Positions 54,288-64,000 of a stretch of 64,000 nucleotides of DNA are shown one piece after another. Source of the DNA: an uncultured virus (IMG/VR IMGVR_UViG_3300025168_000002) (Duplodnaviria > Heunggongvirae > Uroviricota > Caudoviricetes > Crassvirales); IMG/VR virus record IMGVR_UViG_3300025168_000002; one strand, written 5' to 3'. How positions within the stretch are numbered: the stretch's first letter is position 1; each line of letters opens with the position of its first letter. The notes beneath the pieces were generated by a model. That model ran no database searches. It was not told the origin of the DNA and was given only the letters and a program-made list of their open reading frames with translations. The translations under genes were made by a program, and so were the position numbers.

Positions 54288-56533
54288 TATCTTATTATTT
54301 CACTTATTCTACTCTTATTATTATATCTTGCAAAGTTAATACTTATTTTTGAATTTTGTTTAGTAGGTGTGTATAAGTGCTTTTGATTAGCCATGATTGC
54401 TAAACCCGAACTTATTGCAGCATCAAACCTTGTTCTATTATTAATATCAAACTTTGCCCAATCCTCTAATGTTCTTTGAAAAAACATATCTCCCATTAAA
54501 TCTTTCTCTCTGTAGTCTCCTTCAAAATCTAAACCTATATACTTTTCTATATACGACTCTATAGCTGCCGCATGAGATTGTTTAACATCTGTAGAGGTGT
54601 TAGGTATTCCTCCTAACTCTTTTTCTGTTTTTGATAATTTATTAAATCTTTTGTCTGGCCTATTCATACTAAATCCTCTATATCCTCTATTTTTAAAATG
54701 GTACAATAGTCTAGGTTTATTATTTTCACATAAAATTGGCATTCCGTAAAATACACAAGCCATTAAAACTTCTTCAAAAAATATTTCTGCTGTTTGCGGT
54801 CGTGCTATGTATTCTAAAAAAAAATGATTAGAAGGAGCATCATCCATATTAAATTTTGTCAAACCATGTAGGGCACCGTTAGACCCCTTACCCACAACCA
54901 CGCCTGAAATGTCATAAGAGTCACAACCAAAAGTTCCTAAATGTTCATTTCCAGGATATTTAACTCCGTTACGAACAATAACATTATTCTGCATACTTAT
55001 TCCTGGTGTCCAAGTTACTAAAAATCTTCCACTTTTATTAGGGTAAAAAATAACCTTAGTGTCTTTTACACCATTCTCCCAAGAAAACGATCCTCTTGTT
55101 GTATGTTGGCCTAGCATCAAAGAGTCATTGTAATCTATTTGCTGATATATTTTAGTTAAATTAAATAATGACTGTTGAGACTCATCTCTAAAAGCATGAG
55201 ACTCTGTTCGTGGAAATTGTCTGTAAAATTCGTTTAATGCATCTGCATCTTGAGTTAAAGAATTTACCTCATTTTCCCAGTAGTTTATAGCTCCTGTTTT
55301 TATATCTTCCCCGTCAATACCTACTATCGGTTTGTCAGGAGTATGTAAAACAGGCATTCCATACTTATCAATATACCCTTCAAAATTCCATTCCATTGGA
55401 ATAAATAAATTATATAACCCAGATTTTGTTTGACCATTTTGATTTCTTTTTGAAGCATCAGAATCATCAAATAATTTTTTAAAATTACTACCTCCTTTGT
55501 CTAATGCATTTGAAGTAGACCCCATCATGCATTTACCTATAATCTTACTTCCTAACCTCAAACAAGTTTTAGTTACTCGCCAGTTGTTTAGAATATTTTC
55601 AGGCCTTTCCCATTTTCCGCTTTCGTCGTGTAATAAGTATTGCAACTTCTCCCCATCATAAGAGTTATCAGATGTATTTTTCCAATCTATTGTAGTGTCT
55701 AGGCCATCAAGTTCCTCACTTCCAATATCATACATATTTTTTTTAGTAATTTTAGATGCAGGAACTCTATATGCTAATTCTGTTTTAGGCTTATCCATAC
55801 CATCTTGAATGGGTTTAAAAAAAAACGGGTAATTATTAGATATAGGAACAACTTTATCTGTAAACATTTTTTTTGCATCAGCACCTGTTTTAGAAAGTAT
55901 ACCTATACGAGCATCTCTTGTTATAGTAGCTTGATTTACTCCTTCGCATGAACTCATAAAAGAAAATCCAGACCTCCTTATTTTTAAGTAACACATACCA
56001 AAGCTTCTTTTGTCAGCCTTAGATGCCTCCCAAAAAATATAAAACAATCTATTTGCTTCTCTAAAATCAGGATGACCTATATCTATTTTAGTCCATTGTA
56101 AATACATATAATGAGTACCAGTTATATAAGTAGGAATACCATTATTTTTAAACCAATGTCCTTGCTCTCTTTTGTCAAACTCTTGCTCTATGTAGTCAAC
56201 CCATTCTGCTTTAAAATTAGAAGGAGCTTCGTGCCATTGAAATATACTTTGTATTCTTTTTAAAACCTTAGGTAATAAAGTAGGTGACCAGGTTTGCTCT
56301 GACTTAATTTTTTTTTCGTTTACAAAATTTTTAGGAGTTTTTGGTAATGCAATTTTTACATTACTAATTTCATATACATCTCCAACTGTCCCGTCTTTAG
56401 ATATTACAACAACATCATATTTTTCATTATACCCATACAACCATGTACGAGCTCTGTTTTTATTAGACAATACACCTTTAGGTATATAATCTTTTAATAT
56501 TTTATATAATTTATTTTGATCTTGATTCTGCAA
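54287..56533 (-). CDS. terL: Terminase large subunit
   Basis: Walker A-like LKIRRSGFS, Walker B LLHDESGK, MGST, nuclease GCDSYD, CENNK, C-terminal FDAAISSG. Confidence 0.9.
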   Translation of the reverse strand: MQNQDQNKLYKILKDYIPKGVLSNKNRARTWLYGYNEKYDVVVISKDGTVGDVYEISNVKIALPKTPKNFVNEKKIKSEQTWSPTLLPKVLKRIQSIFQWHEAPSNFKAEWVDYIEQEFDKREQGHWFKNNGIPTYITGTHYMYLQWTKIDIGHPDFREANRLFYIFWEASKADKRSFGMCYLKIRRSGFSFMSSCEGVNQATITRDARIGILSKTGADAKKMFTDKVVPISNNYPFFFKPIQDGMDKPKTELAYRVPASKITKKNMYDIGSEELDGLDTTIDWKNTSDNSYDGEKLQYLLHDESGKWERPENILNNWRVTKTCLRLGSKIIGKCMMGSTSNALDKGGSNFKKLFDDSDASKRNQNGQTKSGLYNLFIPMEWNFEGYIDKYGMPVLHTPDKPIVGIDGEDIKTGAINYWENEVNSLTQDADALNEFYRQFPRTESHAFRDESQQSLFNLTKIYQQIDYNDSLMLGQHTTRGSFSWENGVKDTKVIFYPNKSGRFLVTWTPGISMQNNVIVRNGVKYPGNEHLGTFGCDSYDISGVVVGKGSNGALHGLTKFNMDDAPSNHFFLEYIARPQTAEIFFEEVLMACVFYGMPILCENNKPRLLYHFKNRGYRGFSMNRPDKRFNKLSKTEKELGGIPNTSTDVKQSHAAAIESYIEKYIGLDFEGDYREKDLMGDMFFQRTLEDWAKFDINNRTRFDAAISSGLAIMANQKHLYTPTKQNSKISINFARYNNKSRISEIIR

Positions 56534-56789
56534 ATCCCTTTGGTGTTGATGATTTATTTTCTACTACTATTCCTTCTAATAAGTTTTTTTCTTCTTCTAT
56601 TCTTTTTAATATTTCAAAAGCATCCATAATGCATAATTTTTTTGTTGCCGCAGCGTTTTTTAATTTGTCAGCCGCTAACTGATCATCAGCATCATACTTA
56701 ATAATATCTTCTTTTGCTACTTTAATTAATTGGGCTACAGCTTTTTCTCCAGCACTAATAATTTGAAATCTTAATTCTTTATTATTCAT
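56511..56789 (-). CDS. Terminase small subunit candidate
   Basis: 92-aa helical protein overlapping the terL start; ends GFAESRSK. Confidence 0.5.
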   Translation of the reverse strand: MNNKELRFQIISAGEKAVAQLIKVAKEDIIKYDADDQLAADKLKNAAATKKLCIMDAFEILKRIEEEKNLLEGIVVENKSSTPKGFAESRSK

Positions 56790-57351
56790 TAAGTATTGTT
56801 GTTATATTATTCGTAAACATTCTATACAAAATCTCACCGTCTACTTTAAATTCATATTCGCTGTCAGGCTCAAAAACAACTATGTCATTTTCTTTAACTC
56901 CTAGACTTTCTAATTGTTTGTTAGAATATTTTATAGTTCCTTGTAAAGGTTCGTATTTACCGCTTTTTTTTAAAAAAGAATCTTTTACCTCTAAGGGTTT
57001 TATAAAACAATATTTCCCTGGTGCAGTCCACTTTTTATTGTGGTTGTATAAAAAATATTGATCATCTTCTATAAAAAATAAATTATCTTTAAAATAACTT
57101 TTACCGCTTTTTCTTCTTCCATACATATCGTTATAAAACTTAAACACATTATGATGAACTAATAGTATATCTCCTATTTCTATTTCTCCTTCATAGTACA
57201 GTGGTAAAGAAACTACTTTTGCAAATCTATTTGAAACCGTATGGTCTTCTTCAGACACACTTGTAACAAAATCTGCCTTATCAAATTCTAATATATTATT
57301 GTATCTTCTGTTGTTTACAGGCTCTACAATAAAGGAATGTAAGGCCCTCAT
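56782..57351 (-). CDS. GroES-like protein with two tandem domains
   Basis: FIVEP...AKVVSLP...IEIGDILLVHHNVF, then CFIKP...GTIKYSN...GVKENDIVVF...YEFKVDGEILYRM. Confidence 0.55.
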   Translation of the reverse strand: MRALHSFIVEPVNNRRYNNILEFDKADFVTSVSEEDHTVSNRFAKVVSLPLYYEGEIEIGDILLVHHNVFKFYNDMYGRRKSGKSYFKDNLFFIEDDQYFLYNHNKKWTAPGKYCFIKPLEVKDSFLKKSGKYEPLQGTIKYSNKQLESLGVKENDIVVFEPDSEYEFKVDGEILYRMFTNNITTILNE

Positions 57352-57575
57352 TAAAAGTTTATATTATATTCTAAAGTAATTGGAAGCGTATATAAAAACT
57401 CTTTCCATATCAAAACCTCTTCGTTTTTTATAACCCAGAGTTTGTAAGATTGAGATGATTCGTTTGCTTGTATTAAGTGTATTTTGTATTCCCCACCCAG
57501 GACAGACTGATTAACTATATAATGCATTGATCCAGATTTATAATCTGAACCAATGGAAATTTTTCTAATATCCAT
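57351..57575 (-). CDS. Conserved hypothetical protein
   Basis: IRKISIGSDYKSGSMHYIVNQ...WKEF...ITLEYNINF. Confidence 0.7.
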   Translation of the reverse strand: MDIRKISIGSDYKSGSMHYIVNQSVLGGEYKIHLIQANESSQSYKLWVIKNEEVLIWKEFLYTLPITLEYNINF

Positions 57576-57576
57576 T

Positions 57577-57714
57577 TTATTTTATTTTATCTTCTACTAA
57601 ACCTTTATTAATCTCAACTGTTATTTCTTCTACTATAGCTAAAGTGCTAATTGGTAAAGATTGTAATAGTCGGTTAATATTTTTAATAGACTCTTCATTT
57701 AATTCTACTTTCAT
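57577..57714 (-). CDS. 45-aa hypothetical protein (possible fibre chaperone)
   Basis: Hand-translated MKVELNEESIKNINRLLQSLPISTLAIVEEITVEINKGLVEDKIK. Confidence 0.6.
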   Translation of the reverse strand: MKVELNEESIKNINRLLQSLPISTLAIVEEITVEINKGLVEDKIK

Positions 57715-57725
57715 TTAATTTAATT

Positions 57726-60700
57726 TTATGCAGCATACATAGGAATTTTATAATCTACTCCGTTTATTTTTACTGTCCATGTTGTTGTTGTTATTGCTGG
57801 AGTTGCAACAGTCACTGTACCTACAGCATTTGTAGAAGAACCAATAGCAAGCTGATTTGCATCTGTAGTGGTGGCTCCTGTTCCTAGTGCTACTCCTCCT
57901 ACAAATTTAGATGAAGCATCTTTACCAATAGCAATACCATTGTCTTTTGCTCCCCCTGAGTCTCCAGCTGTTGCACCTGTACCTATTGCAATAGAGTTTG
58001 AGCCTTCAGCAAGTGAGCGAGTACCAACAGCAATCGTTCCTCCGCTTATTGTTGATCCAGTTATTCCTGCGGATTGATATCCTATTGCTATATTTCCTAC
58101 GCCTGACCTAGTTATATTAGGATGATCAGTAGCGTCACCTTCAGCTTCAACACCTATAGCAATTCCTTTTGTTGATGTGTTGTATGTTTGGGTTTCTACA
58201 GTCTGACTACCTATAGAAGCTGCACGCCCTATAGCTATTTGACCCTCTCTTGCACTTGCCCCTCCAAAACCCATCGCATTATACCCTATACAAACATGAT
58301 ATGCACTATTGCCACTTGAACGGAAATTGTTATAACCTTGAGCCGCAAGTTGACCTATATAAACACCACCTCCTTCATTAACTCCATTAGCAGTTGATGC
58401 CTTATATTGTTTGGCTCTATCACCTATAGCAACGTCACCTAGATTATGCTCATGCTTATGAGTAGCGTCTCCAATCATAGCACTATTACCTATTGCAACT
58501 CTTAATTGCATGTCAACATTAGTAGGAAGTCCTGTGCTATTACCTAAATTCCTACCCGCATTACTACCTATTAAGATGTCGCCAACTGGTATTGCATCTC
58601 TTCCCGCTAAACTTCCTATAACAATATTACTACTTCCACCAGCAGAAATCTTAAGTGTGTCTCCACCAATAGCTATATTGTTAGTTCCTGTGTCATTCGC
58701 ACTGTTTGCGTTTTCCCCTATAGCTATATTTTTAAATCCTGTAGTTAGAGCCGAATTAGTGTTATCTCCTATTCCTATATTATTAATACAAGCCGCATTA
58801 GAATAATCCCAACCAGCTGCATACGATCCTATTTTTATATTGGTATCAGATGCTCTTGAAATTAAACCAAGATCTTCACCTGTGTTATCCAGAATAGTTA
58901 TTCCATTAATAGGTGTTGTTGTTAAAGCACTAGTACCTACTGAAATAAATGATCCAGTAAAAGTAGCTGAAGCCCCTGTTGATACCACCTCATTAATACT
59001 ACTAGAATACAAAGTTAAATCGTTTTCAAAACGACCAATATTTCTTATTTTATAATTACTTGAAGAACTTACATCTACACCTGACAATCCTCTCCAGGTT
59101 GTTGCGGTTATTGTTCCTACTGCACTAACCGAGGCTACGGTTATAGTAGCTGTTGAGGTTCCAAAGTTTACAGAAAAAATATCTCCTATTGTCCAATCTT
59201 TTCCTCCACCATAGATTGATACCCCAGTAATTCCTCCTGTTGCACTAACGCTGGTAACTCTAACTATTACGCCTGCGGCAGTTCCAATAACAGAAGAAAC
59301 TTTAGTAGTTGGATAGTAATTATTAGCCACATATCCTGCTCCTGCCGTAGTAATAGTAGCTGTTAACACCGCCTTTACTCCTACGGTTGTGTTAGCACTT
59401 CCGCTTAATGTAATGCTTCCTCCCAAACCATTTACTTGTGAAACTCCTGTATTAGTAATAGTTATTGTTCTAGTTCCTGGAGTACTTGCCGTACTAATAC
59501 CGTTACCGCCAACTATATTTACTGTTTCTCCGTCAGCAACTGTTCCAGGGCCGCCAGTATCTCCATCAATATTCCAAGAAGTCATATTACCCCCTGCTGC
59601 TTGTGCTACCCATTCCATATACCCACCACCTGTGCTATTAAAAGCTAATACTTGACCAGCGGTTGCTACTGATGGTGCGGCTGTTGTTCCTAATACAAAT
59701 GAATTATTTGTTGTTCCGTTTGAGTTTTGAATAGTTAATGCTTTATCAAGTAATGTACCGCCTTTTGTTGCCACAACTTGAATAGTTGGTGTTTCAGTAG
59801 ATAATTTTATAGACGTACCTGTTACGGCAGATGTTGTTCTTAAATAAGTAGCAGTTGCAGCCTGCTCTGCAAAAGTAAAGGTACCTGAGCTTGTAATTGC
59901 AGTTCCTGCCGATCCTGTTGAATCAGTTAAACTAATACTTTGAACTGTTCCTGTTCCAGAACCACTGAAAGATAGTTCTATATTATTATTTCCTGCGTTA
60001 GTAAATACCGCACCGCCGCCTCCTTGTAATGTAAACGAACTAGAATTTGTTCCATCTGAATTTGTTACAGTTATTAGGTTCCCCGCATTAGTTACAGCTA
60101 AATCCCAGTCAGCTCCTTTAGGAGTTGAAAATCTACCTGTTTGATCATAATAGGTTCCTGTAGCTATTCCATCTACTTCAATAATTAAATTGTTATCAGA
60201 GCCAGCTTGTATTACTTGAAATAAATCTCCAGCTGCGTACCCTGAACCTCCTGAATTAAATGATAAGTCTGCTAAAACCACACTACCAGCGGTTGTGTTT
60301 GTTATATTGACTACTATACCAGAGCCAGATCCAGTTGTTGCTACCGTAGATAAATTACTTCCAACCGCATAATTTGTTCCTGTAGTGTTGTTGTCATAAA
60401 AAGCTGTTGTTAATCCTCCTGGGCCTGTAGATACCGTGCCAGTAGTAATTAACTCTGTTTTTAATTTAGGTACAGCTGCAATAGAACTATCAACTGTCAT
60501 ATCTAAATATGTAGTGTCTACAACATCTATACTTGTAACTCCACTTCCACCAGCTCCCCATGTAGGAAAACCTCCTGGGCCTCCTGAAATTAAAACTTGC
60601 CCTAAAGTTCCTCTGTTACCGTTTAGCTCTATAAAGCCATTAGATCCTAACTTTAAACCTCCCCCATCTAAATTTATATCTCCAGTTAAGTTTATATTTT

Positions 60701-61715
60701 GTGTTGCTGTATTTCCATTATCTAAAATTTGTTGCAAATTAGCACTTGATCCAGCTACTGTTTGCCATGTAGGAGTTATAAAAGGCCCATTAGAAACTAA
60801 AGCCTGACCAGCAGTTCCTGAACTACCAAATAGTTTTATTTCGCTATTAGCCCCCGTTAAACTAATTGCTCCTTGGCTTATTATTAATCTTCCTTGTGTT
60901 GCTGAAGCTGTTGGCGTTCCATTACCATTAAAATTTATAACTCCTTGTCCTGTTATTGTATTAGTTCCACTTAATGTAATTCCACCAGTTCCTGTAAAAA
61001 TTATACTACTATTTAATAAAGTATTACCAGCATTTACAACTTCTTGTAAGGTTGGCTTTGTAATAGTAGTCCCGCTTGACCAAGCAAGTCCTGTAGCTGT
61101 TGCACTTAAAAACTGTCCAGTAGTACCATAAACGTAAGTTCCTGTTCCATCATCTATACCTATCTGTGACTGATCGCTAACTTTTAAATCAACACCATCA
61201 CTTAAAGTTACAATGTTATAAAATACAGAGGTACCTTTAACAGATAAAGTTGAATTTCCTTCTAAGGATAAACCTCCATTTGTTCGTATTGTAAATGTTC
61301 CTGTTAATTCAGGATTTGCTGTTGCGATTGGACTTACAGCTAAAGTGTTGTTCCAAGACTGATTTGTTCCTGGTGCAGCAATCCAAGCTATACCAGTTCC
61401 AGTAGAACTTAAAACTTGTCCCGCAGTACCTACAGATCCTAAACCTCCTGCCGAAATTGTTGTTGGAAATATATCTATCGCAGATATACTTGATCCTAAT
61501 GCTGATGCGGTACCATTCAACTCAATATTAAGCAGTGAGGTATTCCCCACGCCTAATACAGAATTTAAATCTTGATTGACACCTGCACCTCCTCCTATTG
61601 AGCTAACCGTAAAAGTAACCGTCTTATTGTTATCACTAACGTCAGTACCAATTATTAAATCATTTGTAGATGGCGTTACTGTTGGGTAAGCGGTTGTGTT
61701 TTTTATTTTAGCCAT
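57726..61715 (-). CDS. Tail fibre with YadA-head-like beta-roll repeats
   Basis: 1329 aa; LQxVLxxGNT and GTAGQVLxSxG repeats; many xIAIG repeats near the C-terminus; ends VKINGVDYKIPMY. Confidence 0.8.
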   Translation of the reverse strand: MAKIKNTTAYPTVTPSTNDLIIGTDVSDNNKTVTFTVSSIGGGAGVNQDLNSVLGVGNTSLLNIELNGTASALGSSISAIDIFPTTISAGGLGSVGTAGQVLSSTGTGIAWIAAPGTNQSWNNTLAVSPIATANPELTGTFTIRTNGGLSLEGNSTLSVKGTSVFYNIVTLSDGVDLKVSDQSQIGIDDGTGTYVYGTTGQFLSATATGLAWSSGTTITKPTLQEVVNAGNTLLNSSIIFTGTGGITLSGTNTITGQGVINFNGNGTPTASATQGRLIISQGAISLTGANSEIKLFGSSGTAGQALVSNGPFITPTWQTVAGSSANLQQILDNGNTATQNINLTGDINLDGGGLKLGSNGFIELNGNRGTLGQVLISGGPGGFPTWGAGGSGVTSIDVVDTTYLDMTVDSSIAAVPKLKTELITTGTVSTGPGGLTTAFYDNNTTGTNYAVGSNLSTVATTGSGSGIVVNITNTTAGSVVLADLSFNSGGSGYAAGDLFQVIQAGSDNNLIIEVDGIATGTYYDQTGRFSTPKGADWDLAVTNAGNLITVTNSDGTNSSSFTLQGGGGAVFTNAGNNNIELSFSGSGTGTVQSISLTDSTGSAGTAITSSGTFTFAEQAATATYLRTTSAVTGTSIKLSTETPTIQVVATKGGTLLDKALTIQNSNGTTNNSFVLGTTAAPSVATAGQVLAFNSTGGGYMEWVAQAAGGNMTSWNIDGDTGGPGTVADGETVNIVGGNGISTASTPGTRTITITNTGVSQVNGLGGSITLSGSANTTVGVKAVLTATITTAGAGYVANNYYPTTKVSSVIGTAAGVIVRVTSVSATGGITGVSIYGGGKDWTIGDIFSVNFGTSTATITVASVSAVGTITATTWRGLSGVDVSSSSNYKIRNIGRFENDLTLYSSSINEVVSTGASATFTGSFISVGTSALTTTPINGITILDNTGEDLGLISRASDTNIKIGSYAAGWDYSNAACINNIGIGDNTNSALTTGFKNIAIGENANSANDTGTNNIAIGGDTLKISAGGSSNIVIGSLAGRDAIPVGDILIGSNAGRNLGNSTGLPTNVDMQLRVAIGNSAMIGDATHKHEHNLGDVAIGDRAKQYKASTANGVNEGGGVYIGQLAAQGYNNFRSSGNSAYHVCIGYNAMGFGGASAREGQIAIGRAASIGSQTVETQTYNTSTKGIAIGVEAEGDATDHPNITRSGVGNIAIGYQSAGITGSTISGGTIAVGTRSLAEGSNSIAIGTGATAGDSGGAKDNGIAIGKDASSKFVGGVALGTGATTTDANQLAIGSSTNAVGTVTVATPAITTTTWTVKINGVDYKIPMYAA

Positions 61716-61727
61716 AGGGTTGCATTT

Positions 61728-62003
61728 TTATTTTTCTATCTTCAAGTCCGCAGCCTCTTCTTCTTTTGGGGGATCAGTAACATTTCCAGTTTGTAAATCT
61801 ATAGTGGCGTTTTTACCATATATCTCCATTAAGCTTAACTCTTGTTCTTGAAACTTTCCTTTAACTTCTTCTATCTGTTCCATAAACTGTTTTTGTTGCA
61901 AAATGGTATCACCCAAGCTCATTTTTAACTGATTAAACTCTGCTTGTAATTCTTGAAGAACCGTTAATTCTTTTTCCGTTAATTTTTTAGTTTTTTCTTC
62001 CAT
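61728..62003 (-). CDS. Coiled-coil protein (possible fibre chaperone)
   Basis: 91 aa, YGKNATIDLQTG; promoter at 62035-62042. Confidence 0.6.
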   Translation of the reverse strand: MEEKTKKLTEKELTVLQELQAEFNQLKMSLGDTILQQKQFMEQIEEVKGKFQEQELSLMEIYGKNATIDLQTGNVTDPPKEEEAADLKIEK

Positions 62004-62064
62004 TATATTATATTTATTTAAGTTATTAATTTAACAAAGATACAAAAGTTTTTTTATGTAATTG

Positions 62065-62946
62065 TTATGGAGTATTGGTGCTCCATGTTGGACTGTTAAC
62101 GCCTGAACCAGTATATCCATTACCTGTGCTGTCAGTATAAGATGTACCCGTTCCTTCATTAAATCTCCACCAAGCTTCAAGGGCTGCTGACTCAGTATAG
62201 TTGCCAGAATTTGAACTTAAATCTATTGGAGTTCCACTATTATAAATAGCAGCCATATTACTTGCGTTAAGTCCTTTACTAAAAATTGCTGCATTATTTA
62301 TTTCTCCATCAAAAAGATTAGATAAAGTTGTTCCTGCTCTTTGCCAAGCTCCAAGATTAGAGTTACCGCTGTAAGCTAAATTAAGACTTGTATTTCCTGA
62401 ATCTATATACGTTCCTGAATATTCCGAGCCATTAATATACATTTTCCAAGATGAATTATCATCATAACCATTTGTAGGGACAACAACCCCAAGATGATAC
62501 CATTGTCCTGTAGATATTGTACTGTTTTGAGTTCGTTTAGTCAAACGATTATTTGTTCCCGCACCAGGACTAGTACCATTTAATCCAAAGAAATGAAATA
62601 CAAAAGCAGCGTTTCTATTTACTACCATTTGTATACCATAGTAATTATTAGTCCCACTTACACCTAAAGAATACAACTGAAAAGTAGTAGACAAATCATC
62701 AATATAAATCCATTGAGTCCAAGTATATCCATCGCCATTAATTTGTGCTTCTGTAGGATTTAATCCTGTATTTTCTCTATTTCCTAAAGATATATATTGA
62801 TTTGATCCATTACCCTCTATTGAATAGTTTGTAGCAAAACTTGAAGGAGTATCTATTGTGTTTATTTGCTCAATACCTGATGTAGAAATTGTTTCTACCT
62901 TGTTTATTGAATTATACAATATCGTGTTTAATTTAGATATCGTCAT
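62065..62946 (-). CDS. LamG / concanavalin-A-like lectin domain virion protein
   Basis: TWTQWIY, GQWYHLGVV, KMYINGS, FDGEINNAAIFSKGL, IYNSGTP, AWWRFNEGTG. Confidence 0.8.
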   Translation of the reverse strand: MTISKLNTILYNSINKVETISTSGIEQINTIDTPSSFATNYSIEGNGSNQYISLGNRENTGLNPTEAQINGDGYTWTQWIYIDDLSTTFQLYSLGVSGTNNYYGIQMVVNRNAAFVFHFFGLNGTSPGAGTNNRLTKRTQNSTISTGQWYHLGVVVPTNGYDDNSSWKMYINGSEYSGTYIDSGNTSLNLAYSGNSNLGAWQRAGTTLSNLFDGEINNAAIFSKGLNASNMAAIYNSGTPIDLSSNSGNYTESAALEAWWRFNEGTGTSYTDSTGNGYTGSGVNSPTWSTNTP

Positions 62947-62947
62947 A

Positions 62948-64000
62948 TTAACTTAATTCAATAAACGTATTGTCTGGGTGAAAGAATATTTCTCCTGAGC
63001 TTGCTGAAAGAGCGGTTGCTAATATCCTCACAACTCTTTGGGAACCAGAGGGCGGCTCATAATACATTTGCCCTTCTGTAGTAGATAAGTATAATATATC
63101 TCCATCATCAAATGCAGGATCGTAACTTAAAGTATACATTCCTCTTGTTAACATACCAACCGCTGTAGCTGTTCCTGTTGCAATAGCAATAGCTATTAAT
63201 CCTTGAGATTTAGTTACATCGTCTGCATCTGCCGCTACCCAATCACCAGCTTTTAAAACATATAATTTTCCTTTTGCTACAGAACCAGAGCCAAAATAAA
63301 CAACCTCTCCTTGGTAAACTCCAGCTGTAGATCCTGTTTTTTCTAGTATTGTGTTGGCATTCCACGTTCCTGTAATAACACCCCCTCCATTTCCTGTTGT
63401 GGATTCTACTTCAACTAAATTTGAAAGATTAGTTATTAAATTTTGATTAAGATTTACTGTTGGATTTACTGTTGAAGATCCTGAAATAAAAAGAGGATTA
63501 GACGCTGCCCCACCAGTGGTTGGGTTTGCAGCTGAAACCGAAGTTACAGATCCAGATCCAAAAAATGATGAAAGCTCTTGTACCTCATAAGTTCTTGTTT
63601 CTCCAGAACCTGAATCATCCTTCCCTATCATTATAAAATCATTCTCACTTATTGATCCTGTTCCTGCTGGACAATCAGCTATCAATCCTGCTGAACTATA
63701 ATCAACCGATAAAGTTCCTGTGCTTGTTATTGTTCCACCCGTAAGCCCACTACCTGTTGCTACTTGAGTAACAGTTCCATTATTAGAAGCATTAAAAGTA
63801 ATTGTACTTGCACCAGACTGATTAAGAGTAAAAGTTCCACCTCCTGTTAATCCTGTTCCAGCAGTTAGTGTAATTGTTGGGTTGTTTGCTGAAGAAGGTA
63901 TATTTGGAAAAGTAATAAGATTTCCCGCTCCATTAATATACTGAGATGAGGTTCCTTGCATATCAATAGCTAAAGTTCCACTTGAATTAATTGGCGTTCC
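62948..64000 (-). CDS. Tail fibre-like protein, C-terminal part (enters from the right edge)
   Basis: Frame stays open from 64000 (GTPINSSGTLAID-MQGTSSQYINGAG...), so the track's Met is internal. G/T/S repeats; C-terminal WVAADAD...GDILYLSTTEG domain. Confidence 0.8.
   Translation of the reverse strand, partial: GTPINSSGTLAIDMQGTSSQYINGAGNLITFPNIPSSANNPTITLTAGTGLTGGGTFTLNQSGASTITFNASNNGTVTQVATGSGLTGGTITSTGTLSVDYSSAGLIADCPAGTGSISENDFIMIGKDDSGSGETRTYEVQELSSFFGSGSVTSVSAANPTTGGAASNPLFISGSSTVNPTVNLNQNLITNLSNLVEVESTTGNGGGVITGTWNANTILEKTGSTAGVYQGEVVYFGSGSVAKGKLYVLKAGDWVAADADDVTKSQGLIAIAIATGTATAVGMLTRGMYTLSYDPAFDDGDILYLSTTEGQMYYEPPSGSQRVVRILATALSASSGEIFFHPDNTFIELS

Noticed and set aside
416..60807. 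Many plus-strand ORFs of 60-150 aa opposite structural genes (e.g. 2652-3059, 7527-7976, 34989-35261, 60436-60807), and minus-strand ORFs opposite early genes
   Set aside because: Antisense shadows of biased codon usage; no leaders, promoters or recognisable motifs.
1..64000. CRISPR array, tRNA genes, integrase, reverse transcriptase/DGR, introns or inteins, stop-codon reassignment
   Set aside because: No regularly spaced repeats, cloverleaf with T-loop consensus or relevant catalytic motifs seen. Core genes are uninterrupted under the standard code.

Overview
The window is most or nearly all of a lytic, podovirus-type dsDNA phage of a Bacteroidota (probably marine Flavobacteriaceae) host. 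Host evidence: at least 17 TAnnTTTG Bacteroidota promoter elements, A-rich leaders without Shine-Dalgarno sites, a Q+1 signal peptide and a BT4734/VirE_N-type primase. The layout has two arms diverging from a ~1 kb non-coding region at 13.6-14.6 kb. The plus arm (14.6-29.6 kb) holds ~25 small early genes, then a DnaA-C-like HTH, SSAP, exonuclease, SSB, primase-helicase, SF2 helicase, VRR-NUC and a metallophosphoesterase. The minus arm holds tail fibres, terminase, portal, scaffold, capsid, tail and ejection proteins (64-29.6 kb), then GroEL/GroES, an array of basic microproteins, lysis genes and more tail fibres (14.1 kb-1). Both window edges cut what looks like the same tail-fibre gene. I saw no DNA or RNA polymerase, integrase, tRNA or CRISPR. 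Most notable signals: (i) a dnaX-like -1 frameshift signal at the primase/helicase junction; (ii) a 59-aa basic gene overprinted inside the 2146-aa virion gene; (iii) an array of ~14 Lys/Arg-rich microproteins; (iv) strong CCWGG enrichment in the early region, built from disfavoured synonymous codons; (v) tandem three-way-junction RNA structures. All protein calls come from motif recognition by eye, not database searches.
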